Below the pieces are notes generated by a model, which was given only the letters and a program-made list of their open reading frames with translations, searched no databases and was not told where the DNA came from. A DNA stretch of 64,000 nucleotides. It comes from Candidatus Thalassarchaeaceae archaeon. GTDB lineage: Archaea; Thermoplasmatota; Poseidoniia; Poseidoniales; Thalassarchaeaceae. Within the stretch, counting starts at the first letter, position 1; every line of letters starts with the position of its first letter. The position numbers and the translations under genes are program-made. Below are positions 46,002 through 56,618 of this stretch, in pieces. Location: assembly GCA_029940695.1 (NCBI GenBank), contig JAPYUP010000001.1, positions 4,912-68,911 of the forward strand, given 5' to 3'.

Positions 46002-48992
46002 TCACCAGGTATCCTTTGAGCGCCCGTATGCCAGAGCCGCATCAATGCTGTCTGCGTCTTCCCTAGCAATGGACCTTCTGAGTCCAGCAGCCTTAACCAT
46101 GGTCTCTACACCACCCGTCAGACCGAAGTTGGAATTGACCATGAACGAAAATATTGCGGGTAGCAAAAGCAATGACGAGAGTGCCGCAATGACGAGAAGG
46201 ACGATGATGACAGTGACGAAAGGAGTGATGGCCTCGATAGGAATACCATAGGCACAAGTGAGTCCCGCAGCAGTAACGGTTGTGGCCTCGAACAGACTCA
46301 TTCCCGTACTGGCACATGATGTGCGTATGGCCTCGATCGAGCCACCGAGCTCTTTCACTCGATTGGCGATGTGGATGGAAAAATCGATGCCGACACCGAC
46401 AAGAATGGAACCAATCATCACAGTGACCAATGAGAGTGAGACTCCTCCAGAGTCCATGACGAGCCATTGCATAGCCACTGTAAATCCAACGGGGATTGTA
46501 GTAAGTAATGCATAGCGTACGTCCCTGAAAACCAAAGCTAACGTGAGTATGGTGAAGCCGAGAGCAAAGGCAAGGGACGTCCACTGAGAGTCAACTATCA
46601 GGTTGTTGACCTCAATGGTTACTGAAGCCACACCGATTAACGAGTCACCGAGGACATCAATCGGATTCGCAGAGTCGCCTGCTGCCTTGGCCCATGCATT
46701 GATCTGATTAGCAGTCTTCTTTGTGGACTGAACATCCATGAACGGCATGTCGATGTAGATGAGTGTTCGTTGGTAGTCGGAAGAAATGAACAGCTCCCTC
46801 ATTTCAACGGTCATGCTATTGTAGAACACGTACAGAAGAAAGTTCTGAATTTGTCTGCCACCGTCATCCTCTTGGGCATCTAGGGTGTCTAAGACAGTCC
46901 AGAAGGAAACATTGCCAGACTGTTCACGATTGAAGATCAGGTCAGCGAGCTCTTTGATTGGTTCGGGCAATGGTTGGTCCTCTATGATGTCAGAAATGGG
47001 TGTCCCTGAAACATTGACGCCGACGGCAATTGCCTTCATGAGGAAAACTATGGAGACAGCGGTTGCATTTTCGACGTTGTTGCAATTGCCCTCAAGAGTT
47101 TCAATGCCCTCAAGATTAGCATAGGGATGGTCTGCTGTAATACCTCCTAAGTTGATTTCAGGATTAGCTCTTATGTCGGCTTCGACAAGTAGGAATCCGG
47201 GTTGCCCAGCTTCGAATTCATCGGAGTATACTTCCATCTTCACTACTGCATCAACTGGCTCACCATCAGCACCTTCTTTCGGGGCCATTTTCAGCAGGTC
47301 GATGTTCTCTTCGACGTTGTTTCTATTGTAACCAGCAGAGAGAAGCATGAAGGCCAAGAATATGACTATGGTGAGTTTAGACCATTTGATTGGCATGTTG
47401 ACGGCAGCCACGAATACCCTCGGAGGAGGATGGGATGGTTTTTTCAAATCAAGGAGGATTGTCAAGTTGGGTACCATTACCATTGTCATTATGTACACGA
47501 CGAAGATTCCGCCAGCAAGAGCCCAACCAACAGTTTGGATTGGTTTCATGGGTGCAAATGTCAGGGAGATGAATCCAATGATTGTAGTCATTGCAGACAA
47601 TAATACGGCTTTGCCAGTTGAATTGAGCGCGGTGGACATTTTCTCCTGCGGAGTTCCCTTTGATTCGGCATAACGATTAGTGATATGCAATCCATATGAA
47701 ACACCCAAGGCGAGTATGATGGGGCCAACGAGAATCACGGTCATGGTCACCTCGTAGTTAGTCAGACCAATGATTCCAAGAGTCACCCAAACAGCACAAA
47801 GTGTTGGCAATCCAGAGATGATGACGACCTTGATTCCTTGAACCCACCTAATCCTCCCAGTCTGCAAAAGATCACAATGGAAGATGAATAGTCCGAGTGC
47901 CACTGCAGCAACACCACGGGGAAAAACTTTCCAGAACAGCTTGAATGACTCCTCGGTGACTGCATTGGTTAACGGTGCGGGACCAGTCAATGTCATGGTG
48001 AGATTGAGGTCGTTCCAATCTTCATCTTCTGCGATGCGATCTATCCGGTCCTGGGTGTCATGTACAATGTCGCCAATTGTCAAGTTGCCACTGATGTCAT
48101 CAGAGATGCCGATGATGATTACGCCCCGATTCCAGAAAAACGCGCGTTCGGCCTCCTTAATCCCGTCACCATCACGGTCACGACCTACATCACGAACAAG
48201 CTTGTCAAGAGCGTTCTGGGGCATTTCCTGGAGGATTTGGTCCACACGCTCTTGTTCATCAGGAATCGCGTAATTGCCAATGATATCGCTTTGAGCATCA
48301 ATGGACTCATTGATCTCATCAGAATCTATATCGAAGGAATCGGCTAACCCGGATACGAAGGCCTTGATGACCCTGCCCCCACTCGAGTTGACCTCCTTGA
48401 TTACAGTGGAGATTGACAGGACGTAGATGACGTTGTCCTCGACACCCTCGTCGTTCATCGCCCAGTTGAGGTCCCTCTCGACCATGTCAATCTGATCAAG
48501 AATGCTGACTTTCGTGACGTTGAAGTTCTCTGACTCGACGTAGATGACCATCACATTAGTTGTCCAGTCTTTCTCAACTTCGGCTATTAGGGCCTTGACG
48601 CTCTCAGGGTTATCGTCAGTAGGTAAGTAGACCTCCAAATCTCCATTAACATTCAACGCAGGTTCTTCGGTGCACCAATCGAAGTCGTAACCATCCCTAC
48701 AGTCGTTTACCCCTGAATGGGGTAACATCAGAATCGTGAAGCCCAAAGAGAGGATGACTGCGATGACTGGGGCCATAGTGAGGATTGAGGTGGCATTAGC
48801 GTCTCTCAACTTCCTCCTCATGATGTTAGGGATGCGCCCAACAGCCCTCTCTACACCAGCACCGTCCAACTCACTGATTCGTTTTCCGACTTCGTTGATT
48901 CGACCAAGTCCACTTGAAATCGGAGATTCAGAGACAGTGCTCTGATCCTCGCCAATATCGAGTACTTCGTCTTCCATGGTCCCGCTTGTCAT
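46002..48992 (-). CDS. RND/MMPL family transporter
   Basis: Two repeats of a large extracytoplasmic domain plus a TM bundle, with LGVSYGLHI.NRY and GVGIDFSIHI..R motifs. Confidence 0.9.
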   Translation of the reverse strand: MTSGTMEDEVLDIGEDQSTVSESPISSGLGRINEVGKRISELDGAGVERAVGRIPNIMRRKLRDANATSILTMAPVIAVILSLGFTILMLPHSGVNDCRDGYDFDWCTEEPALNVNGDLEVYLPTDDNPESVKALIAEVEKDWTTNVMVIYVESENFNVTKVSILDQIDMVERDLNWAMNDEGVEDNVIYVLSISTVIKEVNSSGGRVIKAFVSGLADSFDIDSDEINESIDAQSDIIGNYAIPDEQERVDQILQEMPQNALDKLVRDVGRDRDGDGIKEAERAFFWNRGVIIIGISDDISGNLTIGDIVHDTQDRIDRIAEDEDWNDLNLTMTLTGPAPLTNAVTEESFKLFWKVFPRGVAAVALGLFIFHCDLLQTGRIRWVQGIKVVIISGLPTLCAVWVTLGIIGLTNYEVTMTVILVGPIILALGVSYGLHITNRYAESKGTPQEKMSTALNSTGKAVLLSAMTTIIGFISLTFAPMKPIQTVGWALAGGIFVVYIMTMVMVPNLTILLDLKKPSHPPPRVFVAAVNMPIKWSKLTIVIFLAFMLLSAGYNRNNVEENIDLLKMAPKEGADGEPVDAVVKMEVYSDEFEAGQPGFLLVEADIRANPEINLGGITADHPYANLEGIETLEGNCNNVENATAVSIVFLMKAIAVGVNVSGTPISDIIEDQPLPEPIKELADLIFNREQSGNVSFWTVLDTLDAQEDDGGRQIQNFLLYVFYNSMTVEMRELFISSDYQRTLIYIDMPFMDVQSTKKTANQINAWAKAAGDSANPIDVLGDSLIGVASVTIEVNNLIVDSQWTSLAFALGFTILTLALVFRDVRYALLTTIPVGFTVAMQWLVMDSGGVSLSLVTVMIGSILVGVGIDFSIHIANRVKELGGSIEAIRTSCASTGMSLFEATTVTAAGLTCAYGIPIEAITPFVTVIIVLLVIAALSSLLLLPAIFSFMVNSNFGLTGGVETMVKAAGLRRSIAREDADSIDAALAYGRSKDTW

Positions 48993-49119
48993 GATGTGCC
49001 TCTAGACATCCCTTCAACCCCACGCCGATGTATTTCGCGGTATGGCGTATTTTCGGATATTTCTTTGGTAACGGTCAAGAATGGTGGTCAATGGCATTGA
49101 CAGCGTAGGAGCCGAATAG

Positions 49120-51600
49120 ATGGGAGAACCGAAGATCGTCGACAAAAGGTGGACAGTGGATCTCGAAAAAACGATTCAGCAAGAACACTATGATTCCGGC
49201 TACGAGAAACGATATTCATTCGACCCAACTAGCGAAAGGGAACTATTCATCATTGATACCCCTCCACCGTACCCAAGTGGAACTTGGCATATTGGGGCCG
49301 TTGCCCAGTACAGTATGATCGATGTGATAGCTCGTAGTCAGAGGCTTCTGGGCAAAGAGGTGCGCTTCCCCTGGGGAGTCGATAGAAATGGCATCAACAT
49401 CGAATTTACCGTCGAAAAGAAGACCGGGCGTAAGATGAGGAGTTTTGACCGTGGTGAGTTCTTGGACCGTTGCGCCGAGATCATCGAGGATTACACCCAA
49501 GCCATGAGGCAAACAGCCAAGAGAGTAGGACTTTCCTGCGATTACGACAACGAGTACCTGACTGACTCCCCTGACTACCGGGCTGTGACCCAATCGATAT
49601 TCGTTAATCTATTCAGGCGCGGGGCTATTGTAGAGGATCTCAGGCCCAACCTTTACGACCCTGTGGAAGGCACTACCATTGCAGAAGCAGAGGTTCAGCG
49701 AACATCTCGCAAAACGCTGCTATGTGATGTCTCTTGGACCACTGCTGATGGTGAGAAAATCATCATCACAACGACCCGTCCTGAATTGATTTGCGCATGT
49801 GGCGTAGTCGTAGTACATCCAGACGACGAGCGCTACACCCACCTCGTTGGCAAGCGTATCAAACTACCCCTGCCAGTGAGCGGTCGTGAAGACTCGGTCG
49901 AGATTCTCACCCATCCATCTGTTAAGATGGGTTTTGGTAGTGGTGTTCTGATGATTTGCTCCTTCGGGGACCAGAATGATGTAGCGGTGTTCCGGGAATT
50001 AGGCCTCCGCCCCTACGTAGCTATCGACCTAGATGGGAAAATGACATCCATCGCCGGTCCGCTAGTAGGGTTGCCCGTACCCGAGGCGCGCAAGGTCTCT
50101 ATCGATATGCTTCGAGAGTCTGGTAGCCTCATATCCACCAAAGAACGAATGCAGGAAGTTCCAATCAGCGAAAGAGGGGGCAATCCCATCGAGATCATTC
50201 TGCTAAAGGAATGGTACGTTAGACAAACTCATATTCTAGACAGGCTGCGAGAGCTTTCGGACCAATGTGTATTCATACCTAATCGTAACAGGCAGTACCT
50301 CCACGATTGGATGGAAGGAATTTCCATAGACTGGCCAATCAGTCGGCGAAGATGGTACCATACAGAGGTGCCAATATGGTATTCTGAAGATGGCACAAAG
50401 ATAGTTGTCCCCCCACAAGGTATCTATGTCCAACCTTGGAGGGAATTGCCCCCTGATGAATCAGAGGTGCTTGATCGCGAATCCAAGGAATCCCTGGGTA
50501 GTTACAGTGAGATGGAGGACTTGCTTGGTGTTTTGGTCGGTGAGGAAAAGGTGTTCGATACATGGATGGACTCTTCTAACTCCAACCTGTTTGTCTCTGG
50601 ATATATCAGCGACCCTGAACTCTTCGAAAGGGCCTTCCCAACATCAATCAGGCCACAGGGAAAGGATATTGTGCGCACTTGGTTATACTACACGTTACTG
50701 AAAAGTGCACTCTTACTCGACAAACCCGGCTTTCAGTACATCTGGGTCGATGGCTTGGGCATGGACCCATGGGGTCGAAAGATGTCGAAATCCCTAGGTA
50801 ACGGCATAGACGCAGACTCAGTTCTCGAATGCGGTTCCGGTGGAAGGACCGGTTCGTGGAAGATTAAGGGTCCCGATGGGAAGCAAGTACAATTGCGAGC
50901 AAACAAAATCGGGAGCGAATGCTTCCGATTATGGAAGGCCTGTGAGGCACAGGTTGGTGACGACTTCCACATCAACCCAGAAGAGATTGAGACGAAGTAC
51001 TACGGTATCCTCACCAAGCTATTCAACGTCGCTAGGTTCGCTAGCCAGTTCGATGTTTCCGATGATTTAGAAAGGCCACCAGACAATTTGGCCCTCGAGG
51101 ATCGTTGGATTTTATCAGAGTTCGATCACGTGATGGCACAAGTCGAAGATGCATGGACTCGAATTGACATATACAGTGCGGCGCAGGCAATCAAGGGATT
51201 CGGCACCGGAATATTCCCCAGCCACTGGTTGGAGATGACGAAGTCAAGGCTGTACGATGGTGATGAAGCAGCTACTTGGACACTGCACAGAGTGATTCAT
51301 GATCTTCTATGCGCATTCACCCCAATCTGCCCATTCTTCACCCACTACCTATCTACCACCTTGTATGGCAAAAGCTCCGTCGATGCCCGCGCCTTCCCGC
51401 GACTTCCCACAGTAGTCATGGGTGAGGAAGCAGAGTCCCTGAGGGCTCTGACCCCTGTAATCACGGAGTTTAATTCCATGGTATGGAAGTTGAAGAAGGA
51501 CTCTGGATTGTCCCTGAATTCTCCAGTTTCAGATGTATCAATCCCCCTAGAACTGTCAATTATGGAAAATACACTTGTTCAAATGCACAGCATCGAATGA
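49120..51600 (+). CDS. valS: Valyl-tRNA synthetase (archaeal type)
   Basis: IDTPPPYPSG..HIG, TTRPEL, DW.ISR.R, DTWMDSS, RPQGKDI.RTW, KMSKS.GN. Confidence 0.96.
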   Translation: MGEPKIVDKRWTVDLEKTIQQEHYDSGYEKRYSFDPTSERELFIIDTPPPYPSGTWHIGAVAQYSMIDVIARSQRLLGKEVRFPWGVDRNGINIEFTVEKKTGRKMRSFDRGEFLDRCAEIIEDYTQAMRQTAKRVGLSCDYDNEYLTDSPDYRAVTQSIFVNLFRRGAIVEDLRPNLYDPVEGTTIAEAEVQRTSRKTLLCDVSWTTADGEKIIITTTRPELICACGVVVVHPDDERYTHLVGKRIKLPLPVSGREDSVEILTHPSVKMGFGSGVLMICSFGDQNDVAVFRELGLRPYVAIDLDGKMTSIAGPLVGLPVPEARKVSIDMLRESGSLISTKERMQEVPISERGGNPIEIILLKEWYVRQTHILDRLRELSDQCVFIPNRNRQYLHDWMEGISIDWPISRRRWYHTEVPIWYSEDGTKIVVPPQGIYVQPWRELPPDESEVLDRESKESLGSYSEMEDLLGVLVGEEKVFDTWMDSSNSNLFVSGYISDPELFERAFPTSIRPQGKDIVRTWLYYTLLKSALLLDKPGFQYIWVDGLGMDPWGRKMSKSLGNGIDADSVLECGSGGRTGSWKIKGPDGKQVQLRANKIGSECFRLWKACEAQVGDDFHINPEEIETKYYGILTKLFNVARFASQFDVSDDLERPPDNLALEDRWILSEFDHVMAQVEDAWTRIDIYSAAQAIKGFGTGIFPSHWLEMTKSRLYDGDEAATWTLHRVIHDLLCAFTPICPFFTHYLSTTLYGKSSVDARAFPRLPTVVMGEEAESLRALTPVITEFNSMVWKLKKDSGLSLNSPVSDVSIPLELSIMENTLVQMHSIE

Positions 51601-51631
51601 CTCGGTGACAACGCCTTGTCTCATAGGCACA

Positions 51632-52609
51632 TCAGTTGATAGTTGAAGATGGCCTTATTCCGTTGAAATAGTCAATGAGGAGTCCCGCCATCTCCTCTCC
51701 GACACGATCTTGGGCTTCCAAGGTCGCAGAGCCGATGTGCGGTGAGCCGTGGAAGTCAGCATGATTCAAAAGAGGATTTTCCCCAGGGGGCTCGACTTCG
51801 AATACGTCCAATGCCACTGAGGACAGCTGTCCCGATTCGAGGGCAGATAAGACAGCTGCCTCATCGACTATACCCCCCCTAGAACAGTTAACAATATGAT
51901 TTCCGCATGGAGTACCATCGGCACCGACGCCGCTCATCAATGCTAAACGATCAGAGTTGACTAGGTGTTGGGTCTCTTCCGAAAGATTACAATGAATGGA
52001 TATGTGAGTGCAGAGCCTGAATAATTCATCCACTTCGTCATGAAAGATACAATGTGAGGACTCGGTCACATCGCTGGAGATGTACGGGTCGAATGCATGA
52101 AGATTCATGCCTAAGGTGCTGGCGACTTCACCAACACCCCTAGCAATCCTGCCGAAACCAATCATGCCCAGACTTTTGCCCCCTAATTCTGATCCCCTGA
52201 GTGACTTCTTGGCCCATTCTCCCGATCTTAGGGTCCTGTCTGCTTTAGGAATATGACGCGTAGACGCAATTAGATGGCCAATAGTCAACTCCACTACGCT
52301 TCTAGTAGAAGCACCAGGAGTGTTGCAAACTACCACTCCACAATTGGATGCCGCTGCGAGGTCGATATTATCCACACCCACCCCGGCACGGCCGATGAAA
52401 CCAATTCCGCCGGCCTCGTTCCTTGACGCGTGAATGGAATCACTGGTCATCTTAGTGGAACTTCGGACTACTACAGCATCGAAATTGGACAGTACACCAG
52501 ACAACAACTCCTCTGGAGAGAAGTGCTGTAACACCACCTCGTGTCCGGCATCCTGCAGGCGTTCAACGGCCGCTAAGGACATACCATCGGTCGCGGCTAC
52601 ACGGCCCAT
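51632..52609 (-). CDS. D-isomer-specific 2-hydroxyacid dehydrogenase (SerA-like, no ACT domain)
   Basis: VRS.TK, RAGVGVDNID, NTPGA, GFGRI, N.SRGGIVDE, LDVF.VEP, PHIGSAT.EAQ. Confidence 0.9.
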   Translation of the reverse strand: MGRVAATDGMSLAAVERLQDAGHEVVLQHFSPEELLSGVLSNFDAVVVRSSTKMTSDSIHASRNEAGGIGFIGRAGVGVDNIDLAAASNCGVVVCNTPGASTRSVVELTIGHLIASTRHIPKADRTLRSGEWAKKSLRGSELGGKSLGMIGFGRIARGVGEVASTLGMNLHAFDPYISSDVTESSHCIFHDEVDELFRLCTHISIHCNLSEETQHLVNSDRLALMSGVGADGTPCGNHIVNCSRGGIVDEAAVLSALESGQLSSVALDVFEVEPPGENPLLNHADFHGSPHIGSATLEAQDRVGEEMAGLLIDYFNGIRPSSTIN

Positions 52610-52698
52610 GCACTGTGTACACGAGTGAGTTTGATGAATATTGTGAAACATGCCGTCTCAGTAGGATTAAATCGTAAGCCCCTTACTGACGCCTAGGA

Positions 52699-53298
52699 AT
52701 GGATATGGCATTCGAACTACCGGAACTTGGATACGCGTACGATGGCCTAGAGCCTCACTTGGATTCATTGACAATGGAAATTCACCACACCAAGCATCAT
52801 GCTGGGTATACTGCAAATCTGAATGCCGCTATCGATGGTACAGAGATGGCTGACAAATCCATTGAGGAGATACTCATTGAACATAACGAAGTACCCGCGG
52901 TAAGGAACAACGGTGGCGGATATTGGAACCACTCTATGTTTTGGAACATTATGTCACCCAATGGCGGTGGGGAACCAGAAGGCGAAATTGCAAGTGCTAT
53001 AGATGACTCATTCGGATCCTTCGATGCCATGAAAGAGGAATTCACCAAAGCTGCGATGACTAGGTTTGGCAGTGGTTGGACTTGGCTGTGTTCATCTGCC
53101 GGATCTCTGAGCATCTGCTCCACTCCCAACCAAGACAATCCACTCATGACTGGCGCGGGAATACCAATTATGGGACTGGATGTCTGGGAACATTCCTACT
53201 ACAAGAAATTCGGACCAGGGAGGGGGGATTACATTTCTGCATGGTGGAACGTAGTGGATTGGGGCGCTGTCAACGGTTACTTCTCCGAAGCCCAATGA
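52699..53298 (+). CDS. sod: Fe/Mn superoxide dismutase (Mn-type signature)
   Basis: [33 protein letters not shown]. Confidence 0.96.
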   Translation: MDMAFELPELGYAYDGLEPHLDSLTMEIHHTKHHAGYTANLNAAIDGTEMADKSIEEILIEHNEVPAVRNNGGGYWNHSMFWNIMSPNGGGEPEGEIASAIDDSFGSFDAMKEEFTKAAMTRFGSGWTWLCSSAGSLSICSTPNQDNPLMTGAGIPIMGLDVWEHSYYKKFGPGRGDYISAWWNVVDWGAVNGYFSEAQ

Positions 53299-53359
53299 TC
53301 CCCCCCCAAAGGTTGCCCCTAACCGCTTCATTCTTGGGTCTCATCGGTGGGGGCGGAGC

Positions 53360-54433
53360 GTGGTTGAGTCACTGGAGGCATTGCTCACTTCGCTGTTGAT
53401 ACTACTCTCCCCATTATTCCTGGCTCTGCCCGTTTCTTTTGCATGGAGGTGGTGGGTTGGCATCGAGCCTGAGCAGGAGCACTACAGAGAGAAAGTCAGA
53501 AGGGTCCTAGACTCCGGCATCCCTCTCACTCGTTACCGTTCTGAGCTAGATGCCGAGGCTAGGAAAGTCCACCTCATCTCAGATAGGCAAGCCCGGATCG
53601 AGTCAGACTTGCTCCATCCTCTCCGGCTCCAGCATTTCCTCTTGTTTCCGAGCTTGATCCTATGGCCTCTTGTTGGCCTGTTTGGTGCACTCATCACCTT
53701 GCCCATGATGCCGGTACTCAGGTTGATTGAATGGGTCCTGATTGACAAGCGAGTCCTGTCCCTAATTGCGCGGATTATTCAGCGATACACTCGTTGGGAG
53801 GTAATTGGAATACCCCGACTTGGAGATGGCGCCAAAGAGCTCGATAAGGTTCTAGCTTCGATTTATCGTATGCCAATCACTGTGTTCCTAGGATTATTCA
53901 CATACCTGATAATCTCCTACTTACCGATGAAATCGTCCAATGTTCTGCTTGTCAGTGCCGCCGTGTACATCGTCCTAGTCTCGGCAATCTCAGTCATCAG
54001 AGCTGCAACAGAGAGTTCCTTGACCTTTGCAGACCCCACCCATCGACGACTTATCCCCATGGACACATTCGTCGAGGACGCGCTTGGGCCGTGGGTCGGT
54101 GTAGGACTCATATTTTTACTGTCAAGGCAACTCATGTATGGCTCTTCCATTCGAACGGGAGAGCTGTTTCATGACCCCATTGCCTTCTCAATCAGTGTCC
54201 TATTAGTACTCTACACGGCTACCATCATCGGAATCACAGTTGAGATCATATTCTTCAGAACTAGGGGCATTGGGGTAAGGGAAGCGTTTCAATCTCAAAT
54301 GGTTGCTGAATTCAACCCAATGGTCTACCTATTCACCCGCAGTCGGGGGTCATTGAGAATATCTCCAGTAATGCCTTTATCGGAGTGGAGCGAGGGCAGC
54401 GAGAATTTCGAATTCTCACTTAATTTTGAATGA
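53360..54433 (+). CDS. Hypothetical multi-TM membrane protein
   Basis: 357-aa ORF with about 6 hydrophobic segments. Confidence 0.75.
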   Translation: MVESLEALLTSLLILLSPLFLALPVSFAWRWWVGIEPEQEHYREKVRRVLDSGIPLTRYRSELDAEARKVHLISDRQARIESDLLHPLRLQHFLLFPSLILWPLVGLFGALITLPMMPVLRLIEWVLIDKRVLSLIARIIQRYTRWEVIGIPRLGDGAKELDKVLASIYRMPITVFLGLFTYLIISYLPMKSSNVLLVSAAVYIVLVSAISVIRAATESSLTFADPTHRRLIPMDTFVEDALGPWVGVGLIFLLSRQLMYGSSIRTGELFHDPIAFSISVLLVLYTATIIGITVEIIFFRTRGIGVREAFQSQMVAEFNPMVYLFTRSRGSLRISPVMPLSEWSEGSENFEFSLNFE

Positions 54434-55334
54434 GTGGTTCCAACCCAACGACTCTGTCTGGGGCGATTGTGAGCTCATCAAGCTCACACGCGGCCGAAGG
54501 CACAAGTGCGTAAGCGATATTGGCGTCATTGTTTGAGCTTGTTGAGGTCACGTACAATGTTCCAATCCCTTCCACCTTGTTCCTACCAGACACGAATTTT
54601 TTGGCAGATACGAGCCTCACCAAGCGTCTTGCCACCTTCCCACGACTATCCAATCTGGCATGGACCTCCTGCCCGGGATAGCATCCCTTGTCTAACTTCA
54701 CAAGTTCATCCAAACCCACTTCGAAGGGCAAGTTCCCAATGAGATCTTCAATCTCGGTAATCCCAATGAGCATCCTCATGGCATCCCACTTGTCCGTGGT
54801 AATCTCATGGCAACCATTATCTTGCAGAATATCCAAGAACCTAGGTAGTTCTGATTTCGGCAGAGCTACATCAACTGTTTCCACGCTATTGGTCATAGAT
54901 GAAGAAATGAGTGAATTGCCAAATTCTAGCCAGCACGAAGAACTCAATTCCAAGCAGTCGATTCCAAGGCCAACGAGTACTCGATGGATATTCTGACCGA
55001 TTATGGATAGATGTGATATTGCGTTGTCTCCGTCGAGCAAGGAGACATCCTCGTCCCATCCGATGCCCCGTAACAATGCCTCTCTCGTGCCAGTCCCGCT
55101 ATTTTCGCTGCCCAGCGCAATAATCTGAGTGTCGAGAACACAAATGGTAATCCTGTCCTGTATCCTTCCGTTGGCATCGCAGAGGAGCGCATCGCATCGA
55201 TCAAAGTTCTCTAAATCAACTAGACTGGCGGTAAGGCAACGGTCGAGATTTGTTAGGGCATCCTTGCCCCCTAGTACAGTAACGCTGGATTTCCTCACGA
55301 AGACTTCTGCATTTGGATGCAAGAATTCGGACAA
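54420..55334 (-). CDS. ygfZ: YgfZ/GcvT-like folate-binding Fe-S repair protein
   Basis: G.DA...L, GRI.D and KGCYPGQEVHAR signature. Confidence 0.88.
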   Translation of the reverse strand: MSEFLHPNAEVFVRKSSVTVLGGKDALTNLDRCLTASLVDLENFDRCDALLCDANGRIQDRITICVLDTQIIALGSENSGTGTREALLRGIGWDEDVSLLDGDNAISHLSIIGQNIHRVLVGLGIDCLELSSSCWLEFGNSLISSSMTNSVETVDVALPKSELPRFLDILQDNGCHEITTDKWDAMRMLIGITEIEDLIGNLPFEVGLDELVKLDKGCYPGQEVHARLDSRGKVARRLVRLVSAKKFVSGRNKVEGIGTLYVTSTSSNNDANIAYALVPSAACELDELTIAPDRVVGLEPLIQN

Positions 55335-55343
55335 GCCACTACC

Positions 55344-55730
55344 TCAACCGAAAGATTGCCCACAACCACAGGTCCTGTCTGCATTGGGGTTCAGTATTTG
55401 GAATCCGCCACCCATAAGGGTGTCTTTGTAGTCGATTGTGATGCCTGCGAGCAAGGCACTGTCCTTATTGTGAACCAAGATGCAAACACCATCGACATCT
55501 ACACGTTGAAACTCATCACCACCGGGATCCTCTATAATTTTCATGTCATACAGAAAGCCCGAACATCCACCCGATTGTGCACTGATTGCGAGAACGTGCG
55601 AGGCTTCGTCGCCATCCATCGTACCTTTAACTGCGTCCTTAGCAGCGTCAGTAATATCGATGTTCACGCTGACAATCTCGGAATGAGTAACCACGGGGAG
55701 GGAAAATCCCTCACCACTAAGAATGCCCAT
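55344..55730 (-). CDS. A-type Fe-S carrier (IscA/ErpA/HesB family)
   Basis: GGCSGF.Y, IDY...LMGGGF...NPNA..TCGCGQSF. Confidence 0.95.
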   Translation of the reverse strand: MGILSGEGFSLPVVTHSEIVSVNIDITDAAKDAVKGTMDGDEASHVLAISAQSGGCSGFLYDMKIIEDPGGDEFQRVDVDGVCILVHNKDSALLAGITIDYKDTLMGGGFQILNPNADRTCGCGQSFG

Positions 55731-55814
55731 GGCATTCTGTAAGTAGGCTGCTATATCAACGGTTGCTGTCTTCTTCCATCATGCATATCAATCGGATGCC
55801 AGACCAGCGTAAGG

Positions 55815-56618
55815 ATGAGGGGCATACAACAGCGAGACAGCGCACGATTCGTCGATTCGCATTCCCATAGAGGTCCAGACGAAGTGGTGGTGGAGAACAG
55901 CCTGTCAATTACCGTCACCAAACAAGGATTGGATAATGTCCCCCTAGGAGTCACAATGAGGACTCCGGGAAGTGACCGTGAGCTCGTTTTTGGGTTCCTC
56001 TACTCGGAGGGAATAATCGATTCTGCACAAGACATCGAAGACATTGAGCTTAATCGGGATGCTACGAACGTCAGATTGGCGGATTCATCTAATTTTCAGC
56101 CTTCAGAACACGTCAGGAACAGCACAGTGTCATCTTCGTGCGGTGTTTGTGGCAGGAGCTCCATTTCTGGCCTTCTTCACATGCACGGTCCCCCATTAAA
56201 CGAGGAAATTCGTGTTAATCAGGATGCAGTGAGGAAATCTCTCGATGCTATGAGCTGCAAACAAGGAATTTTTCACTCCACCGGTGGGTCGCATGCATGT
56301 GCGAGGTTCGACTCGTCTGGACAACTGATCAACATTTGCGAAGACGTGGGACGGCACAACGCCATGGATAAACTGGTGGGTTCCGCCATCATCAAAGGGA
56401 ACATCCCGATAGCGGATGAGTTCGTCGTAGTGTCAGGTAGAGCTTCTTTCGAACTGGTACAGAAGTCACTGCGCGCAGGCTTCCCGATGATGGTATCCAT
56501 AGGCGCCCCTAGCACTTTAGCCATTGACATGGCAAACGAATACGGCATGACGCTGGCCTGCTTCGCTAAGAAAGACTCGATTACTGTGTACAGTGGTTTG
56601 AGGAGGTTCAGCCCTTAG
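55815..56618 (+). CDS. fdhD: Formate dehydrogenase accessory sulfurtransferase FdhD
   Basis: MRTPG.D.EL..GFL.SEG, SSCGVCG, TGG.HA, EDVGRHNA.DK, SGRASFELVQK. Confidence 0.95.
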   Translation: MRGIQQRDSARFVDSHSHRGPDEVVVENSLSITVTKQGLDNVPLGVTMRTPGSDRELVFGFLYSEGIIDSAQDIEDIELNRDATNVRLADSSNFQPSEHVRNSTVSSSCGVCGRSSISGLLHMHGPPLNEEIRVNQDAVRKSLDAMSCKQGIFHSTGGSHACARFDSSGQLINICEDVGRHNAMDKLVGSAIIKGNIPIADEFVVVSGRASFELVQKSLRAGFPMMVSIGAPSTLAIDMANEYGMTLACFAKKDSITVYSGLRRFSP

